The notes below the pieces were generated by a model. The model was not told the origin of the DNA. It made no database searches and saw only the letters and a list, made by a program, of their open reading frames with translations. Below, in pieces: positions 1 through 13,459 of a stretch of DNA of 64,000 nt (position 1 is the stretch's first letter; each line of letters opens with the position of its first letter). Source of the stretch: Octopus vulgaris (taxonomy: Eukaryota); assembly GCA_951406725.2 (NCBI GenBank), contig OX597833.1, positions 57,226,001 through 57,290,000 on the forward strand. Direction: 5' to 3'. The translations under genes and the position numbers were made by a program.

Positions 1-25
1 GTCAAGCTGTCATCAATTTTTCAAA

Positions 26-396
26 GTGAAAGCTCGTGGCTTAGTGGTTAGAGGATTTGGCTCATGATCACAAGGTTGTGTGTTCAATTTCTGGTGGCGC
101 ATTATGTCATTGAAGAAACTATTTCCTATTTCTTCAGTCCATTCAGCCGGCAAAAATGAGTAGCACCTGTATTTCAAAGGGCCAATCCTTGTCACATTCT
201 GGGTCATGCTGAAGGTGCACAAAATCAGTAGCACCTGTATTTCAAAGGGCCAAACCATGTCACGTTCTGGGTCATGCTAAAGGTGCATAAAATCAGTAGC
301 ACCTGTATTTCAAAGGGCCAAACCATGTCACATTTTGGGTCATGTTGAAGGTGCACAAAATGAGTAGCACCTGTATTTCAAAGGGCCAATCCTTGT
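26..396 (+). mobile_element. tRNA-derived SINE with an internal 68-bp tandem expansion
   Basis: A-box-like TGGCTTAGTGG head. The unit aaaatgagtagcacctgtatttcaaagggcc...gaaggtgcac starts at 153, 221, 289 and 357. Confidence 0.7.
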
Positions 397-2803
397 TCAC
401 TTAGAGGGTAAAGTGAAATTGGAAAAAGAAGGGCTGCCCTTCAGTAAATTTACTGAGAAGTAGATGATGGATAATGATACAGGTAAGAGTAACAAGCATG
501 GCCTGAGTGAAAAGGCCTACTTTCTACATCTGCCTGTAGACCAAGGAATTGAGCTGAGGGAACACATTGCTAGTCAGGATTAATCCCTGATTAATGAGGT
601 TCCTTGACTGGCTCCTGGTGACAATACCTCTCTTAGAATTTTGTCATATGTGTATCATCACTTTTTCCGTTCATCTGATTTCTTTTTTGTAACCTATCCT
701 TTGTCATGTTCCCTTATTTGCTGCCCTGTGGCAATGATAAAGAATTATTTGGGTCTATATCAACTATTAACATGGTTTTGCAAAATCATCCAAGAATAAA
801 AAATTTAAGAATCTGGATTGTTGTCTGTGAAACTAGAAAAGTTTTGCTAGACTGAAAATGGTGTTGGTGCAATTTGCAGAAAATTTCTGCAAAGAGTAGT
901 AACAAGAACGTTTTTGTCAATGAAATGAAGAATCAACAACGAAAATAAAGTATCATTTTTAACATGGGTTTGGGTTGCTAAAATAGCACCCAAATTTTCC
1001 TCAAATTGCACCCTACCATCTTGAGAGAGAGATATTATACAATGTGGTCTAGAGTTCACTCTGCCTCGGAAAAAAAAAAAGAAGGGTTGATTTGGAGCTA
1101 AAAAAAAAAAAACCCCTTTCACTGATTTTTTTTTTAAAGAACTATTCTTATGCATATATGATCTTTACTGGACTGAGAATGGCAGAAAGAATCTAGAAGG
1201 AAATACATTCAGTATTTCGCAAAATACATTTGCGGTCTGATTTCAAATTCTACTATAGTCGACTTTGCCTTTTAGCCTTCAATGATCGATAAAATATAAC
1301 ACAAGTCAGGCAGTGGGGTCGATTTATGATCCTACAAATTATCTAAGGTGGGAATGGAATTATAATCGAATATATTAATTATAAGACAGTACGACGCGAT
1401 AGAAAACCTTCGTTTAACTTTAAAGCAGTCACTGGTCATAAATGGGCAGCGGTCTTTTTACCGACACTCAAAGAGTTTAAAAACTTTTTTACATTCATTT
1501 CCGGTAATATTACCTTCAGTTACAGGTGATCCAATCTGATTACATTGGTATTTATAATAAAGTCAGAAAAGCAAGTGGAGGAGGGACTGGAAGTCCGTTG
1601 GAGATGGAGGCTTCGTAAATGTAGGGTGCGCGCGTGCGTGAAGAATAAGTTCTGAGTTTTCCAAACAAGATGGAAAAAATACTTAATAATCAAAGTAAAG
1701 TATAAATATTTCGTGTAGTGCTGCGATTACTCCTTGTTACTAGCTTCGCATGTGCCCTAATTGTGGGCTTATCATTACACACACACACTCATAATCCATC
1801 AATATATATATATATATATAGAGAGAGAGATGGCCAGATAACCGAAGAGATGGTGTTGTGGATTTCCACCTCAGCATCCGAAACTCAGAGTTTTATCTTG
1901 GCTATTGAATAATTGTCACATATTATTTTACAGATAAATTTCCTCTATTTACATAATATTGAGGTCTCTTCCTTTCTTTTGTTATCTTACCTTTTTTTCC
2001 CAATATATATATATATATATATATATGTATATGTATGTATATGTGGCACTGATAAACTTTCATTGCAGGAAGTTATCGCAAAACCATGTCTGATAGTAGA
2101 ACGTGGAGTTTCTTTTACTTTTACCCTCTTATCAAGGTAGAACTTTATCAGTTTACCGCACGACCTGCTTAATCACATTTTATATCTAAATTAATAAATT
2201 ACTCTTTGTTTCAAAGTTGTGAGGATGAGAAGCAAGAAAACTTCCCCCAAAAGACTGCCACCCAGACAGACTAGAGGGAGATATCACACTTTTTAAACTC
2301 TTACAAAGTAGTACAACTGTTAGCTGTGGTAGTACTTATGGTATATATAACTTTATACAACATAATATAATATAATATATAAGTGTGTCTCTCTCACGGT
2401 TGCAGTAATGGGTGAGAGGTGTAATATTGTGATAAATTAGTTTAAAAAAAAGGCCAAATAGACAGACAGACAAACACATAAAGCGAGCGACAATTGTTGA
2501 TAAATAAACTCACCCAAATGTCTCCCTTTAGAGAGAAATCCGTGTTTTGTGTGCGCGAGTGGCAAAGGTGGAAGTGCTTGTTCTATTTGAAGAATTGGTG
2601 AGGGATAAAGGCTGCCTTCCACCCTCTCTCTCTTTCTCGCTTGCTTTCTCCTCTCTAACTTGTTTAACTCTCTCTGTCTCTCTCTCAATATATATATATA
2701 TATATTATATATATATATATATAACTAAAAATAAGGGTGTCTGAGAGACACCACCATGCCGAAATAGCAGTCAAAACCCTGACTCTAAAAACCACGTTAA
2801 ATG

Positions 2804-2854
<51 letters not shown>

Positions 2855-3004
2855 GGCGATCTTTCGTCTCTAGTAGACCTTTCCGTCGATTTCCGTAAAA
2901 AAATTTTTTTTTTTACATATGGGCTTGCGGGAACTTTTGAAGTAATATACATACATACATATACACATACACCGAGTAAAAAATTTCAGAGACGAAAGAT
3001 TGCC
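2855..3004. mobile_element. Mutator-like MITE
   Basis: Terminal inverted repeats (TIRs) ggcgatctttcgtctct / agagacgaaagattgcc, with the 9-bp TSD atatattaa on both sides. Confidence 0.8.
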
Positions 3005-3344
3005 ATATATTAATTATCCGAGAAATTCACGCTCATATTCTTTTTTATCGCGGGACAGAGGTGGGTTGTAATACTTTGCCTAGATTTCTGTCCCCATGTC
3101 CGTAGATGTTATGGATTTATTATGTTATGTGTATCTGTGTTCCACCTCATGGGAAACTCAAAGCAAGTTACTGAGAGAGCAGTTAGTAAGGAAAAACGTG
3201 TTTTAATAAAGAATTGATGAGGGATTAGGCTAATTACCGCTTCCACATACACCCTCGTTCTATTTCTCTCATTCTCTCTCTCTTTTTTTTTATCTTTCTG
3301 TCTATCTATCTAATATTACAGCTCAGACGAAACGGACTCAAAAA

Positions 3345-3488
3345 ATGTGTGAGAGAAAGAGAGAGGGTTAAAAAAAAGGGGGATGAAAGAGAGGAAGAGA
3401 AACGAGAGAGAGAGAGGGAGGGAGAGAAAGATGTTGAAGGAGGAAGAGAGAGAGAAAGTTAATGAAAGAGGGAGGGAAAGAAGTTGAA

Positions 3489-3527
<39 letters not shown>

Positions 3528-3652
3528 TAATATAAAATTAAGCCAGAGTGAAAAAAAACCCAATCAGAAATGTGCGATGGTTCTGTGTATGTCGTTAAGG
3601 GACGGAGTCGTGAATAGACAAAGTAGTTACAAGTTTGTAAACAGACCGAAAA

Positions 3653-3689
<37 letters not shown>

Positions 3690-4090
3690 GGAGAGATAGA
3701 TAGATAGATATATATAGAGAGAGAGAGAGAGAGATAGATAGATATATATATATAGAGAGAGAAGGGGAGAGATAGATAGATATATATATAGAGAGAGGGG
3801 CAGAGATAGATAGATATATATAGAGAGAGGGAGGGAAAGATAGATATATATATATATAGAGAGAGAAGGGGAGAGATAGATATATATAGAGAGGGAGAGA
3901 TAGATAGATAGATATATAGAAAGAGAGAAGGGGAGAGATAGATGATAGATATATATATATATATATAGAGAGAGAGAGGGAGAGATAGATATATATAGAG
4001 AGGGAGAGAAGGGGAGAGAGAGAGAGAGAGACAGAGAGAGAAGTGAAGATTAGGGTCGAAACGAGGGGGAAGCAAGAAAGATAGGAGGGA
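3345..4090. repeat. Compound (GA)n/(GATA)n/(TA)n microsatellite field
   Basis: Directly visible simple repeats. Confidence 0.9.
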
Positions 4091-4807
4091 AAGGCACTAA
4101 GCTCAGTGTTGACACTACACAGTTGTACGCATAGAGACCATATACATACATGCATACATATATATATATATTATATATATACACGCAGGCTTATGAGAGT
4201 GTGTATAAACAGGGGTACTGTGCGTACACGTCTGGGCGCGTGCGTTGACACCGATTATTTCATAGGTACATTGTACTGCAGATGTATATATAAGTTTACG
4301 GGTTTATTATGTCTATACGCGCGTGTATAATATGTATAATATGTTCTGTGTGTAGCAGGATGAATAGGAATATATATTAACGCTGTTGTGTGTGTGTGTG
4401 TGTGTGGGGGGGGTAAATGAATGGATAACTGTGGGGGAGGGACTCTACGTGGTTGTTAGATCTACTAGAAATAGCAGTCAAATCTCGAAAATCACACACC
4501 CTGAAGTGTTAAAAAAAAAAAAAGACACATTAGATGATGTGATTCCGTGGATGAATTAAGAAAAGCACGAGATGGGATAGCCACGGCTGGAATGCTTAAG
4601 CAGGGCAGACTTTAAGCCTATACAGCAATAACTACCATAAACAAGAAATAATACAAATTGACGGCGTATGTTGCTTAAGCTATAGGTGAACATAGGATCC
4701 AAACTTTGATACCTCTCTAACTTTCTGGAAAAGACAGATGCGTTTCGTGAAATTTCGCGGAGATACATTTTCGAAGGTCTAGATCACGATTATATTGATA
4801 CAATTCG

Positions 4808-5050
4808 GATCTTTTCCTTTTGATAGACAGAATTCAACCCAATTTCTAGTTAACTAAACACTTTGAAACTTCGTATACTGGTAGAATGTGTCAAAAGAAA
4901 ACATTATTTTCACTTGGGTTTTTTGATAAATTTGTAATTTGTAAGTTTAACGTAGTTTAATTCTTCGAATTTTAACCAATGAATCGCCAGTATTTGAGCT
5001 CAAATCATTTGCTAGAATTCAATAATAAAATAAAATTTGGGGAGGAGTGA
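4808..5050. mobile_element. Fragment of the GGATCTTTTC-terminus MITE family
   Basis: Shares ggatcttttc...gaaacttcgtatactggtagaatgtg with the copies at 53285, 54014 and 57750. Confidence 0.7.
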
Positions 5051-6048
5051 AGTTTCATATTATTTCCCATTTTGCGCGAAAAATTACACAGATGTGTAGA
5101 ATGATCCGGTGGTGTTGTTTCTGGGCTTTGTATTTTTTCATAGCTCCCGTGGTTACCGAGATAATCTACTATAATAATACTCTTGTGTTTATGAATGAGA
5201 AAGGAAGGGGTGATGTCATACTTGGTAGTGGGATGATGAAAATTGTACGCTGGGAAAAAATAAATCAAGCAGCATTTCAACTGTGTGAATATATGTGTGT
5301 GTATGTAAAAAAAGGGGGGGAGCATGTGAATGTATGTGTGTGTGTGTGTGCGCGCGCACAATAAAAGTGGGATGGTTCATCTTTATCGCTTAGTGTTTGG
5401 GTTTATTTTTTTGATTTGGTTGAATCTTAGTTGTTTTTTTGTTGTTGTTGTTGTTATTTTTAGCGTTTTGACAGAAAAAAGTTATTCTAAAATTGTTTTT
5501 TTTAACGTGCCCAAACAAGTCAAATGCTTACACAGAGCAGGTTTTACAGCCGCATCATCCAAACCGACCAGGTGAAACCGGGCTTAGCTGCTAGCATATC
5601 TATACATATATATATATATAATGGTAGTCCTTCGTAGGTTCTGCAATTTCTTGCTAAACAACTTCCATTGATGATTTGTTTCTAGTGCTGCACATAAGCT
5701 CACGCCCACCATCAAATTGACATTACCTGTACAGGTGCACAGTGTACCCACATGTCAGCAGGTGCCGAAGTGATCACAAGAGCAATGTGAACTGAAGCGT
5801 TTCATTCAAGGACTTGCTCAATAACACAATGCATCACCTGCTCCAGGAATTGAAACCGCAATCTTACAATGAATACAATGTCCCCCAACCATTATGCCAT
5901 GCACTCTCTTTTCAGATATAAATCTATCTAGGAATACATTATCCGCTGTGTCTTTCCCCGTAGTTCATGAAGTGTGTTTGTGTGCGTGTGTACGAGGTGG
6001 TATCAAAAAGTTCCTGTACATGTTATGTTTAATATAGAGTAACTTATT

Positions 6049-6434
6049 TACTCTTTTACGTGTTTCAGTCATTTGACTGCGCCCATGCTGGAGTACAGCC
6101 TTTAGTCAAGCAAATTGACCCCAGAGCTTATTCCTTGCAAGCCTAGTACTTATTCTATTGGTATCATTTGCTGAACCGCTAAATTACTGGGACGTAAACA
6201 CACCAGCATCGGTTGTCAAGCAATGTTGTGGGGACAAACACAGACACACAAACATATATATACATACATATACGACAGATTTCTTCCAGTTTCCACCTAC
6301 CAAATCCACTCACAAGGCTTTGGTCGGCTAGAGGTTATAGTAGAAGACACTTGCCCAAGGTGTCACGCAGTGGGACTGAACCCTGGACCATGTGGTTGGC
6401 AAGCAAGCTACTTACCACACAGCTCTCCTGTGCC
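6049..6434 (-). mobile_element. tRNA-derived CORE-like SINE, family 1
   Basis: The minus strand reads an A-box, a B-box (GGTTCAGTCCC) and the CORE-like CCTTGGGCAAGTGTCTT, with an internal CA/TA microsatellite. There are more than 12 copies in the window. Confidence 0.85.
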
Positions 6435-6482
6435 TATTTACCTAAGTTTTAACACTCTCCTGGGAAACAACCACCTTGCACA

Positions 6483-6895
6483 CAGCCCGAGATTGCTGGA
6501 AATAGCCCGAAATTGCCTAAAATTGTTGAAATCGCCGGAGATTGCCGGAAATAGCCCGAGATCGCCGGAAATTGTCGAAAATCGCCGGAAATAGTCTGAG
6601 ATTGCTGGAGACAGCCCGAGATTGCCGAAATCGCCTGAGATTGCCGGAAATTGTCGAAAATCGCCGGAGGTTGCCAAAAACGCCGGAAATAGCCTGAGAT
6701 TGCCGGAGACAGCCCGAGATTGCCGAAGACAGCCCGAGATTGCCGGAGACAGCCCGAGATTGCCGGAGACAGCCCGAGATTGCCGGAGACAGCCCGAGAT
6801 TGCCAGAGACAGCCCGAGATTGCCGGAGACAGCCCGAGATTGCCGGAGACAGCCCGAGATTGCCGAAGACAGCCCGAGATTGCCGGAAATTGCCC
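6483..6895. repeat. GC-rich 20-bp minisatellite (GAGATTGCCGGAGACAGCCC)n
   Basis: About 20 units, homogeneous on the right and degenerate on the left. Confidence 0.9.
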
Positions 6896-7110
6896 AGCAT
6901 TCCAACCATTTTTGGAATTTGGCCTGGAAGTCGTTTTTCCGCAAGCAAATTAAGGACCTTCATATATATATATATGATGCACATTAATTAACATGCTGAA
7001 GCATCCAACATCACATACACAGTTAAGTTTGGCTAGCACTAAATAGTTTCTCATGACTAGACAGAGTTGCTTTAATCACGTTCTCCATTTCTCAGCTGTT
7101 ATATTGCTTA

Positions 7111-7493
7111 CTAGCAGTATCGCCCGGCGTTGCTCAGGTTTGTAAGGGAAATAACTATAAAGCATTTTTAGAGAGTTATAGCCAAAAAATAGCAAAAAAA
7201 ATGGAAAAAAATGATGGTAAATTTTTTTTTAGTTAAAAAAGGTGGAGTTGCGTCCCCTAGACAGTTTGCGGTTTGTGTTTCTAATTCTCGACCCCATGTC
7301 GAATTTATCGATTTTTTTCAGAACTGGGGAAACTTTTCAAAATTTTCGCTGCGTTAGTTTTGAATTATGACATTGGGCTATGTGTGTGTCAAGTTTCATC
7401 AGAATCGGTTGAAAGCCGTGGTCAGGGTGAGGGTACAAGCAAACAGACACACAGAAACACGCACAGACAAACTGCCGTTTATATATAGAGAGA
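7111..7493 (-). mobile_element. Non-autonomous Helitron
   Basis: The minus strand has 5' TC, a 3' hairpin followed by CTAG, and an A|T target. Near-identical to 31196-31565. Confidence 0.85.
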
Positions 7494-7877
7494 TATTTAT
7501 TTTAATTGCCACCTCTGTAGAGACACAGCAAACTGACAAAATCATGAGCACATCAGATAGTGTCACAGCTTTCTCTCTCCACACTTTACTTTCAAACTTT
7601 TACTAATGTCAACTTTGCCTTTTGTTCTTCTATGAGTGACAAACGCCAGTCAAGTAGTGGAAATGGTTCTCCTTTTCACACCCTCCCTATCTCTCATTCT
7701 CTCTTTCATATGAGGCTAATTTGCACTGTGGGAAGGGCCACTGGGGCCCACTCAAAGCATCGTTTTTTTTACTAGACACGAAAAAGGGTTGTCATTGGCT
7801 GAAGAGCCTTTTTATCATAAATCTACTTGGTCAGGGCCAATTATACAAAATCAACTTTTATTTCGCTAATAGTCATA

Positions 7878-8490
7878 GTGGAAGCTCGTGGCTTAGTGGT
7901 TAGAAGATTTGGCTCATGATCACAAGGTCGTGTGTTCAATTTCTGATGGCGCCTTGTGTCTTTGCAGACACTACTTTCTATTCCTTCAGTCCATTCAGCC
8001 GGCAAAAATGAATAGCAACTGTATTTCAAAGGGCCAATCCTAGTCACATTCTGGGTCATGCCGAAGGTGCACAAAAATGAGTAGCACCTGTATTTCAAAG
8101 GGCCAATCCTTGTCACATTCTGGGTCATGCCGAAGGTGCACAAAAATGAGTAGCACCTGTATTTCAAAGGGCCAATCCATGTCACATTCTGGGTCATGCT
8201 GAAGGTGTGTGGCTTAGTGGCTAGGGTGGCTGGATCATGACTGTAAGGTTGTGAGTTTGATACCTGACGGAGTGTTTGTCCTTGAGCAAGACACTTCATT
8301 CTACATTGCTCCAGTCCACACAGCTGGCAAAAATTAATAAGCACCTAGAGTTCAAAAGGGCCAGCCTCGTCACATTTTGTGTCACACTGAATCTCCCTCA
8401 GAACTATGTCAAGGATATTCATGTCTGTGGAGTACTCAACCACTAGTACGTTAATTTCATGAGCAGACTGTTCTATTGATCAGATCAACT
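7878..8490 (+). mobile_element. tRNA-derived SINE with three 69-bp tandem units, followed by a second related SINE
   Basis: Close match to 26-396. A second head, gtgtgtggcttagtggctaggg, starts at about 8205. Confidence 0.7.
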
Positions 8491-8864
8491 AGAAAAACGC
8501 CGCCGCCGTGGTGATCTCATTCTTGCTCACAACATCATAAGCGGAAAGTGTAACCTCTCGAAAGAGCTGTTCTTCACTCCTGCTCCAGAGCGTCGGCTGC
8601 GGGGTCATTCTGAAAAGCTCTATCTGCGACGATTTCATCTCAATCGAAGGAGAGGGGCTTTCTCCATCCAGGTTGCGGATCCGTGGAATAAACTGCCGGA
8701 CAAGATAGTGAAGATGCCGACGACTGCTCGGTTCAAAGTCTCTCTTGACCACAAGTGGCCTGAACTCTTTGCATGAACACCCTCCCTGTACATAACTCCA
8801 TGTCCCCCTACATGGCCTTGATCTTTTTGCTTTTTGCGTCAAAAAATTAACTAACTAACTAACT
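8490..8864 (+). mobile_element. 5'-truncated CR1-clade LINE 3' end
   Basis: Translates EKRRRRGDLILAHNIISG...RLRGHSEKL...VADPWNKLP...FKVSLD, the CR1 ORF2 C-terminus, and ends in a (TAAC)n tail. Confidence 0.85.
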
Positions 8865-9619
8865 GGGAAACTCATCATCGCAAACCAATGGAATGCCAGT
8901 AATAGTCGTAGTCTAGTTTTGCTTTTAACTTCTCCACTGGGGATTAAAGGGGACAGGGGCAGTGAGGAGAAGCAGTGGGACAAATATGAGGGAGATTTGT
9001 CATTTTATATGATGAAGAATCAAAATAAGGGACAGGGTAAGCATAACACCTGATACTTTAAATAGTATAAAACAGGAATAAATAAAAAAAAAAAAAGGGA
9101 AAATAATAACAAGGAAGAAGTGTAAGATTGGAATTAGTAATTAAAAACTGGGGAAGATATTGAGAGGAGGAGGAGGTGGAAGGGGGTCATGTGATTAAGA
9201 AAATGATAATAGAAAACTTGAGGCAGAGGGGGAGGGGCAGGACTAGGGTAAAGTTTCAAGAAAGTTACTGTAATTAATTTTGGATTTGCATGGAATAAGG
9301 GAGTGGGTTGGGAGAAATGAGATGGGAAGAGAGAGAAATTGAAATGATTACAAGGGGACATGGAGAGAGAGAGACAGGAAGAAGGAAAGATGATGGTGAG
9401 AGATCAGAATTAAAAAGAAACAGTGAATATGATGGATCAAGAGAGAAAAAGGAAGAAAGGGGAGAGAGAGAAAGAAGAAGGGAGAGATAGATAAACAGAA
9501 ACAGAGAGGCAAGAGAGAAGAGTACCAGAAAGGAGAGATGGGAAAGGTGCAGGAAAAAAGCTTGAAGAAAATGGGGTAGAAACACACACATTATATAAAC
9601 ATACATATACACACACACA

Positions 9620-9699
9620 ATTATGTGTGTGTGTGTGTGTATATATATATGCATATATATATACCTACACAATTTTCACTCTTTCTCTCATTATATATA

Positions 9700-9754
<55 letters not shown>

Positions 9755-9821
9755 GTATATATATATGTGTGTGTATGTATATATATATGTGTGTGTATGT
9801 ATATATGTGTGTGTGTGTATG

Positions 9822-9852
<31 letters not shown>

Positions 9853-9859
9853 ATATATA

Positions 9860-9893
<34 letters not shown>

Positions 9894-10180
9894 CATACAT
9901 ACATACATACACACACATACATACATACACATATATATACATACATATACATACGTATGCATACATATATATATACATACATATGCATACATATATATAT
10001 ACATACATATACATACACATACACATATATATATACATACATACATATACATACATATACATACATATATATACAATATATACATACATACAAATACATA
10101 CATACATACATACATACACATACATACATATACATACATATACATACATACATATACCTACATACATATACATATATATA
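9620..10180. repeat. (TA)n/(TG)n/(TACA)n microsatellite field
   Basis: Directly visible; it explains the overlapping Y/I/H/T ORFs. Confidence 0.95.
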
Positions 10181-10699
10181 TGAAACGGGGGCGGGGGCAA
10201 GAAGGTTTAAGAGGAAGTACGGTAGCTAATGAACGTTTAGTGAGTTTGATGAGTAATAAAGTAAAAAGCCAGGTGTGTTAGTGAAGACCATGTATCCCCC
10301 CCCCCCTGCACACACACATCACCTCTGTAGTTAAACACTTCCACATGTTGAATATTTAAGGGCCTAGCTAGATGGGGGCCTTCCATGGCAGCACGAGGGA
10401 TACACAGACATGGCAACTGTGAGGGAAACAGGTCAGTCATCAGCATGGCTGTGTGGGCATTCCTTGGTTGCAGAACACAGTACTGAGACAAACAGATAAG
10501 TTGCTTAACATGCTAGAAATAGCAGCCAAATTGAGGCTGGAATGATTTTGATTACAACTCTGCTTAATTGTACTTGCCCTAGGGCTAAATTGTATCAAAA
10601 TATGGTTGCTTGATTTGTTGGAAATAGCAACCATATATCTCACAAATCACACCTTAGTTTCTTAAAGGAAAGATTGATTGAATGAGAAGGCAGTGAAAG

Positions 10700-11761
10700 A
10701 GCAGTGTAAAGTGAACAAGTGTGAATGAGTTGGCAGTGTAAAGTGAACAAGTGTGAATGAGTTGGCAGTGTAAAGTGAACAAGTGTGAATGAGTTGGCAG
10801 TGTAAAGTGAACAAGTGTGAATGAGTTGGCAGTGTAAAGTGAACAAGTGTGAATGAGTTGGCAGTGTAAAGTGAACAAGTGTGAATTGAGTTGGCAGTGT
10901 AAAGTGAACAAGTGTGAATTGAGTTGGCAGTGTAAAGTGAACAAGTGTGAATGAGTTGGCAGTGTAAAGTGAACAAGTGTGAATGAGTTGGCAGTGTAAA
11001 GTGAACAAGTGTGAATGAGTTGGCAGTGTAAAGTGAACAAGTGTGAATTGAGTTGGCAGTGTAAAGTGAACAAGTGTGAATGAGTTGGCAGTGTAAAGTG
11101 AACAAGTGTGAATGAGTTGGCAGTGTAAAGTGAACAAGTGTGAATGAGTTGGCAGTGTAAAGTGAACAAGTGTGAATGAGTTGGCAGTGTAAAGTGAACA
11201 AGTGTGAATGAGTTGGCAGTGTAAAGTGAACAAGTGTGAATTGAGTTGGCAGTGTAAAGTGAACAAGTGTGAATGAGTTGGCAGTGTAAAGTGAACAAGT
11301 GTGAACGAGTTGGCAGTGTAAAGTGAACAAGTTGGCAGTGTAAAGTGAACAAGTGTGAACGAGTTGGCAGTGTAAAGTGAACATGAGTGAATTGAGTTGG
11401 CAATGTAAAGTGAACAAGTGTGAATGAGTTGGCAGTGTAAAGTGAACAAGTGTGAATTGAGTTGGCAGTGTAAAGTGAACAAGTGTGAATGAGTTGGCAG
11501 TGTAAAGTGAACAAGTGTGAACGAGTTGGCAGTGTAAAGTGAACAAGTGTGAACGAGTTGGCAGTGTAAAGTGAACAAGTGTGAACGAGTTGGCAGTGTA
11601 AAGTGAACAAGTGTGAACGAGTTGGCAGTGTAAAGTGAACATGAGTGAATTGAGTTGGCAGTGTAAAGTGAACAAGTGTGAATGAGTTGGCAGTGTAAAG
11701 TGAACAAGTGTGAATGAGTTGGCAGTGTAAAGTGAACAAGTGTGAATGAGTTGGCAGTGTA
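10700..11761. repeat. 32-bp minisatellite (GAGTTGGCAGTGTAAAGTGAACAAGTGTGAAT), about 33 copies
   Basis: Near-perfect head-to-tail units with no spacers. Confidence 0.95.
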
Positions 11762-12224
11762 GTTAGAGCAAGAAAGCAGTGCTGAGTAAGCGAGAAGACA
11801 GTGTAGAGTGAATGTGTAAATTATGTTGTTTAAGCTCAGGGTCGACCCAGATCCAAACTTTGATATCCCTCTAATAACTTTCTGGGAAAAATAGATTTTG
11901 ATTTAATGAAATTTTTCAGAGATATATTTTTGAAATACAAGAGGATAGGGTGATGAGGAATGAAAGGGCATTGTAGAATGGACAAAAGAGCAGTGGAATG
12001 AGGAATGAGAGGGTAATGAGATGAGGAAGAAGAGGACAGTGGAGAACGAACAAGAGGGCAGTGAGATGAGGTATGATGGGTAGTGTAGAAGAAAAGAGAG
12101 CAGTGCAGAGTGAATGAGGAGGTTGTGGGGAGTGAATGAAAGGACAGAGTAAAGAAGAACAAAACAGCGTAGTGAAAAATGAGAGGGAAGTGTACTGAGA
12201 ATGAGAGGCCAGCGTAATGAGGAA

Positions 12225-12450
12225 TGGGATGGCAGTGTAGTAAAGAACGGTATGGCAGTGTAGTAAGGAATGGGTTGGCAGTGTAGTAAGGAATGCGATG
12301 GCAGTGTAGTAAGGAATGGGTTGGCAGTGTAGTAAGGAATGGGTTGGCAGTGTAGTAAGGAACGGGATGGCAGTGTAGTAAGGAATAGGATGGCAGTGTA
12401 GCAAGGAACGGGATGGCAGTGTAGCAAGGAACGGGATGGCAGTGTAGTAC
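12225..12450. repeat. About 24-bp minisatellite (GGCAGTGTAGTAAGGAAYGGGWT)n
   Basis: About 9 units that share the GGCAGTGTA core with the 32-bp array. Confidence 0.85.
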
Positions 12451-12980
12451 AAAAAAAGAGGATGGCGTAGAGGGAACAAGAGAGCAATGTAATGGGAGTA
12501 AGAGAACAGGGTAGTGAGAGTGTGGTATAAGAACTCTTGAAGGCAGTGTAGAGAAAATGAAAAGACTGTAAAATTAACGACAGGCTGCTATAGAATTAAC
12601 AAGAGAAGCACAGATTGACAAGAAACCAGTGTGGAATTAATGAGAAGGCAGTGTAGTGAGCCATATGTATCACTGAGTTCATTTCAGTTCAGAATTGTTG
12701 TTGTTTATAAGTGGATTTTATTACTGAAAGCTGATTAGTTGGTTCCACTAGCACAGGGCTAAACACTTCATCCCTCTTTAAACGGCTCTTAGCTGTCCAG
12801 ACATGAGAGCCGATGGTATCAGTTTACAGAGAAATTAATTATACTGAAAACTAAATTCTTGAGTTAGGCATGGATTTAGTTTTGTGTGTGTGTGTGTGTG
12901 TTTAGATGCTAGTGTGCAGTTGATGCTGCTGTGCTATGTGATGTGTGTCTGTGCATAATACAGACATATACACACACATA

Positions 12981-13028
<48 letters not shown>

Positions 13029-13459
13029 TATATATATATGCACACCTATATGTACATGTATTTGGACGATGGTGTGCTGTAGGTATGTTACAGAGGTTAA
13101 ACGCATGTGTGAATATGTATGTATATATGTGTAGATACAATACATATATACACAAATACATGAATATACTCATGTATGCATACATATGCACACAAACACC
13201 CACATGTGTCTGTGTTTGTATTTATGAGATTTCAGAGAAAGCAGTCTGGCTTTTAAAGTTTTTTTCCATTCCCATTGTATCTGTAATCTGCCCTCTTTTC
13301 TCTGCTAGTGACCAGTCGTTAAAAAACCCATCTACAGCAATGACCATCTGTCTTCTCTACATAACAGCAGCAAAAATGGTCGAGTGAACAAAACGCAGAG
13401 TAGCACCACAACTCAAAGGTCTTTGGTTCAAAGTCCACAGTGGCTGCTTCACTATATAT

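Noticed and set aside
9621-10281. Y/I/H/T/V/C-rich ORFs here and at 3368, 14619, 21500, 44390 and 61975
   Set aside because: Microsatellite translations.
10700-11761. CRISPR-like 32-bp repeats and 337-361 aa ORFs
   Set aside because: There are no unique spacers and no cas genes, and the context is eukaryotic. The ORFs are translations of the tandem repeat.
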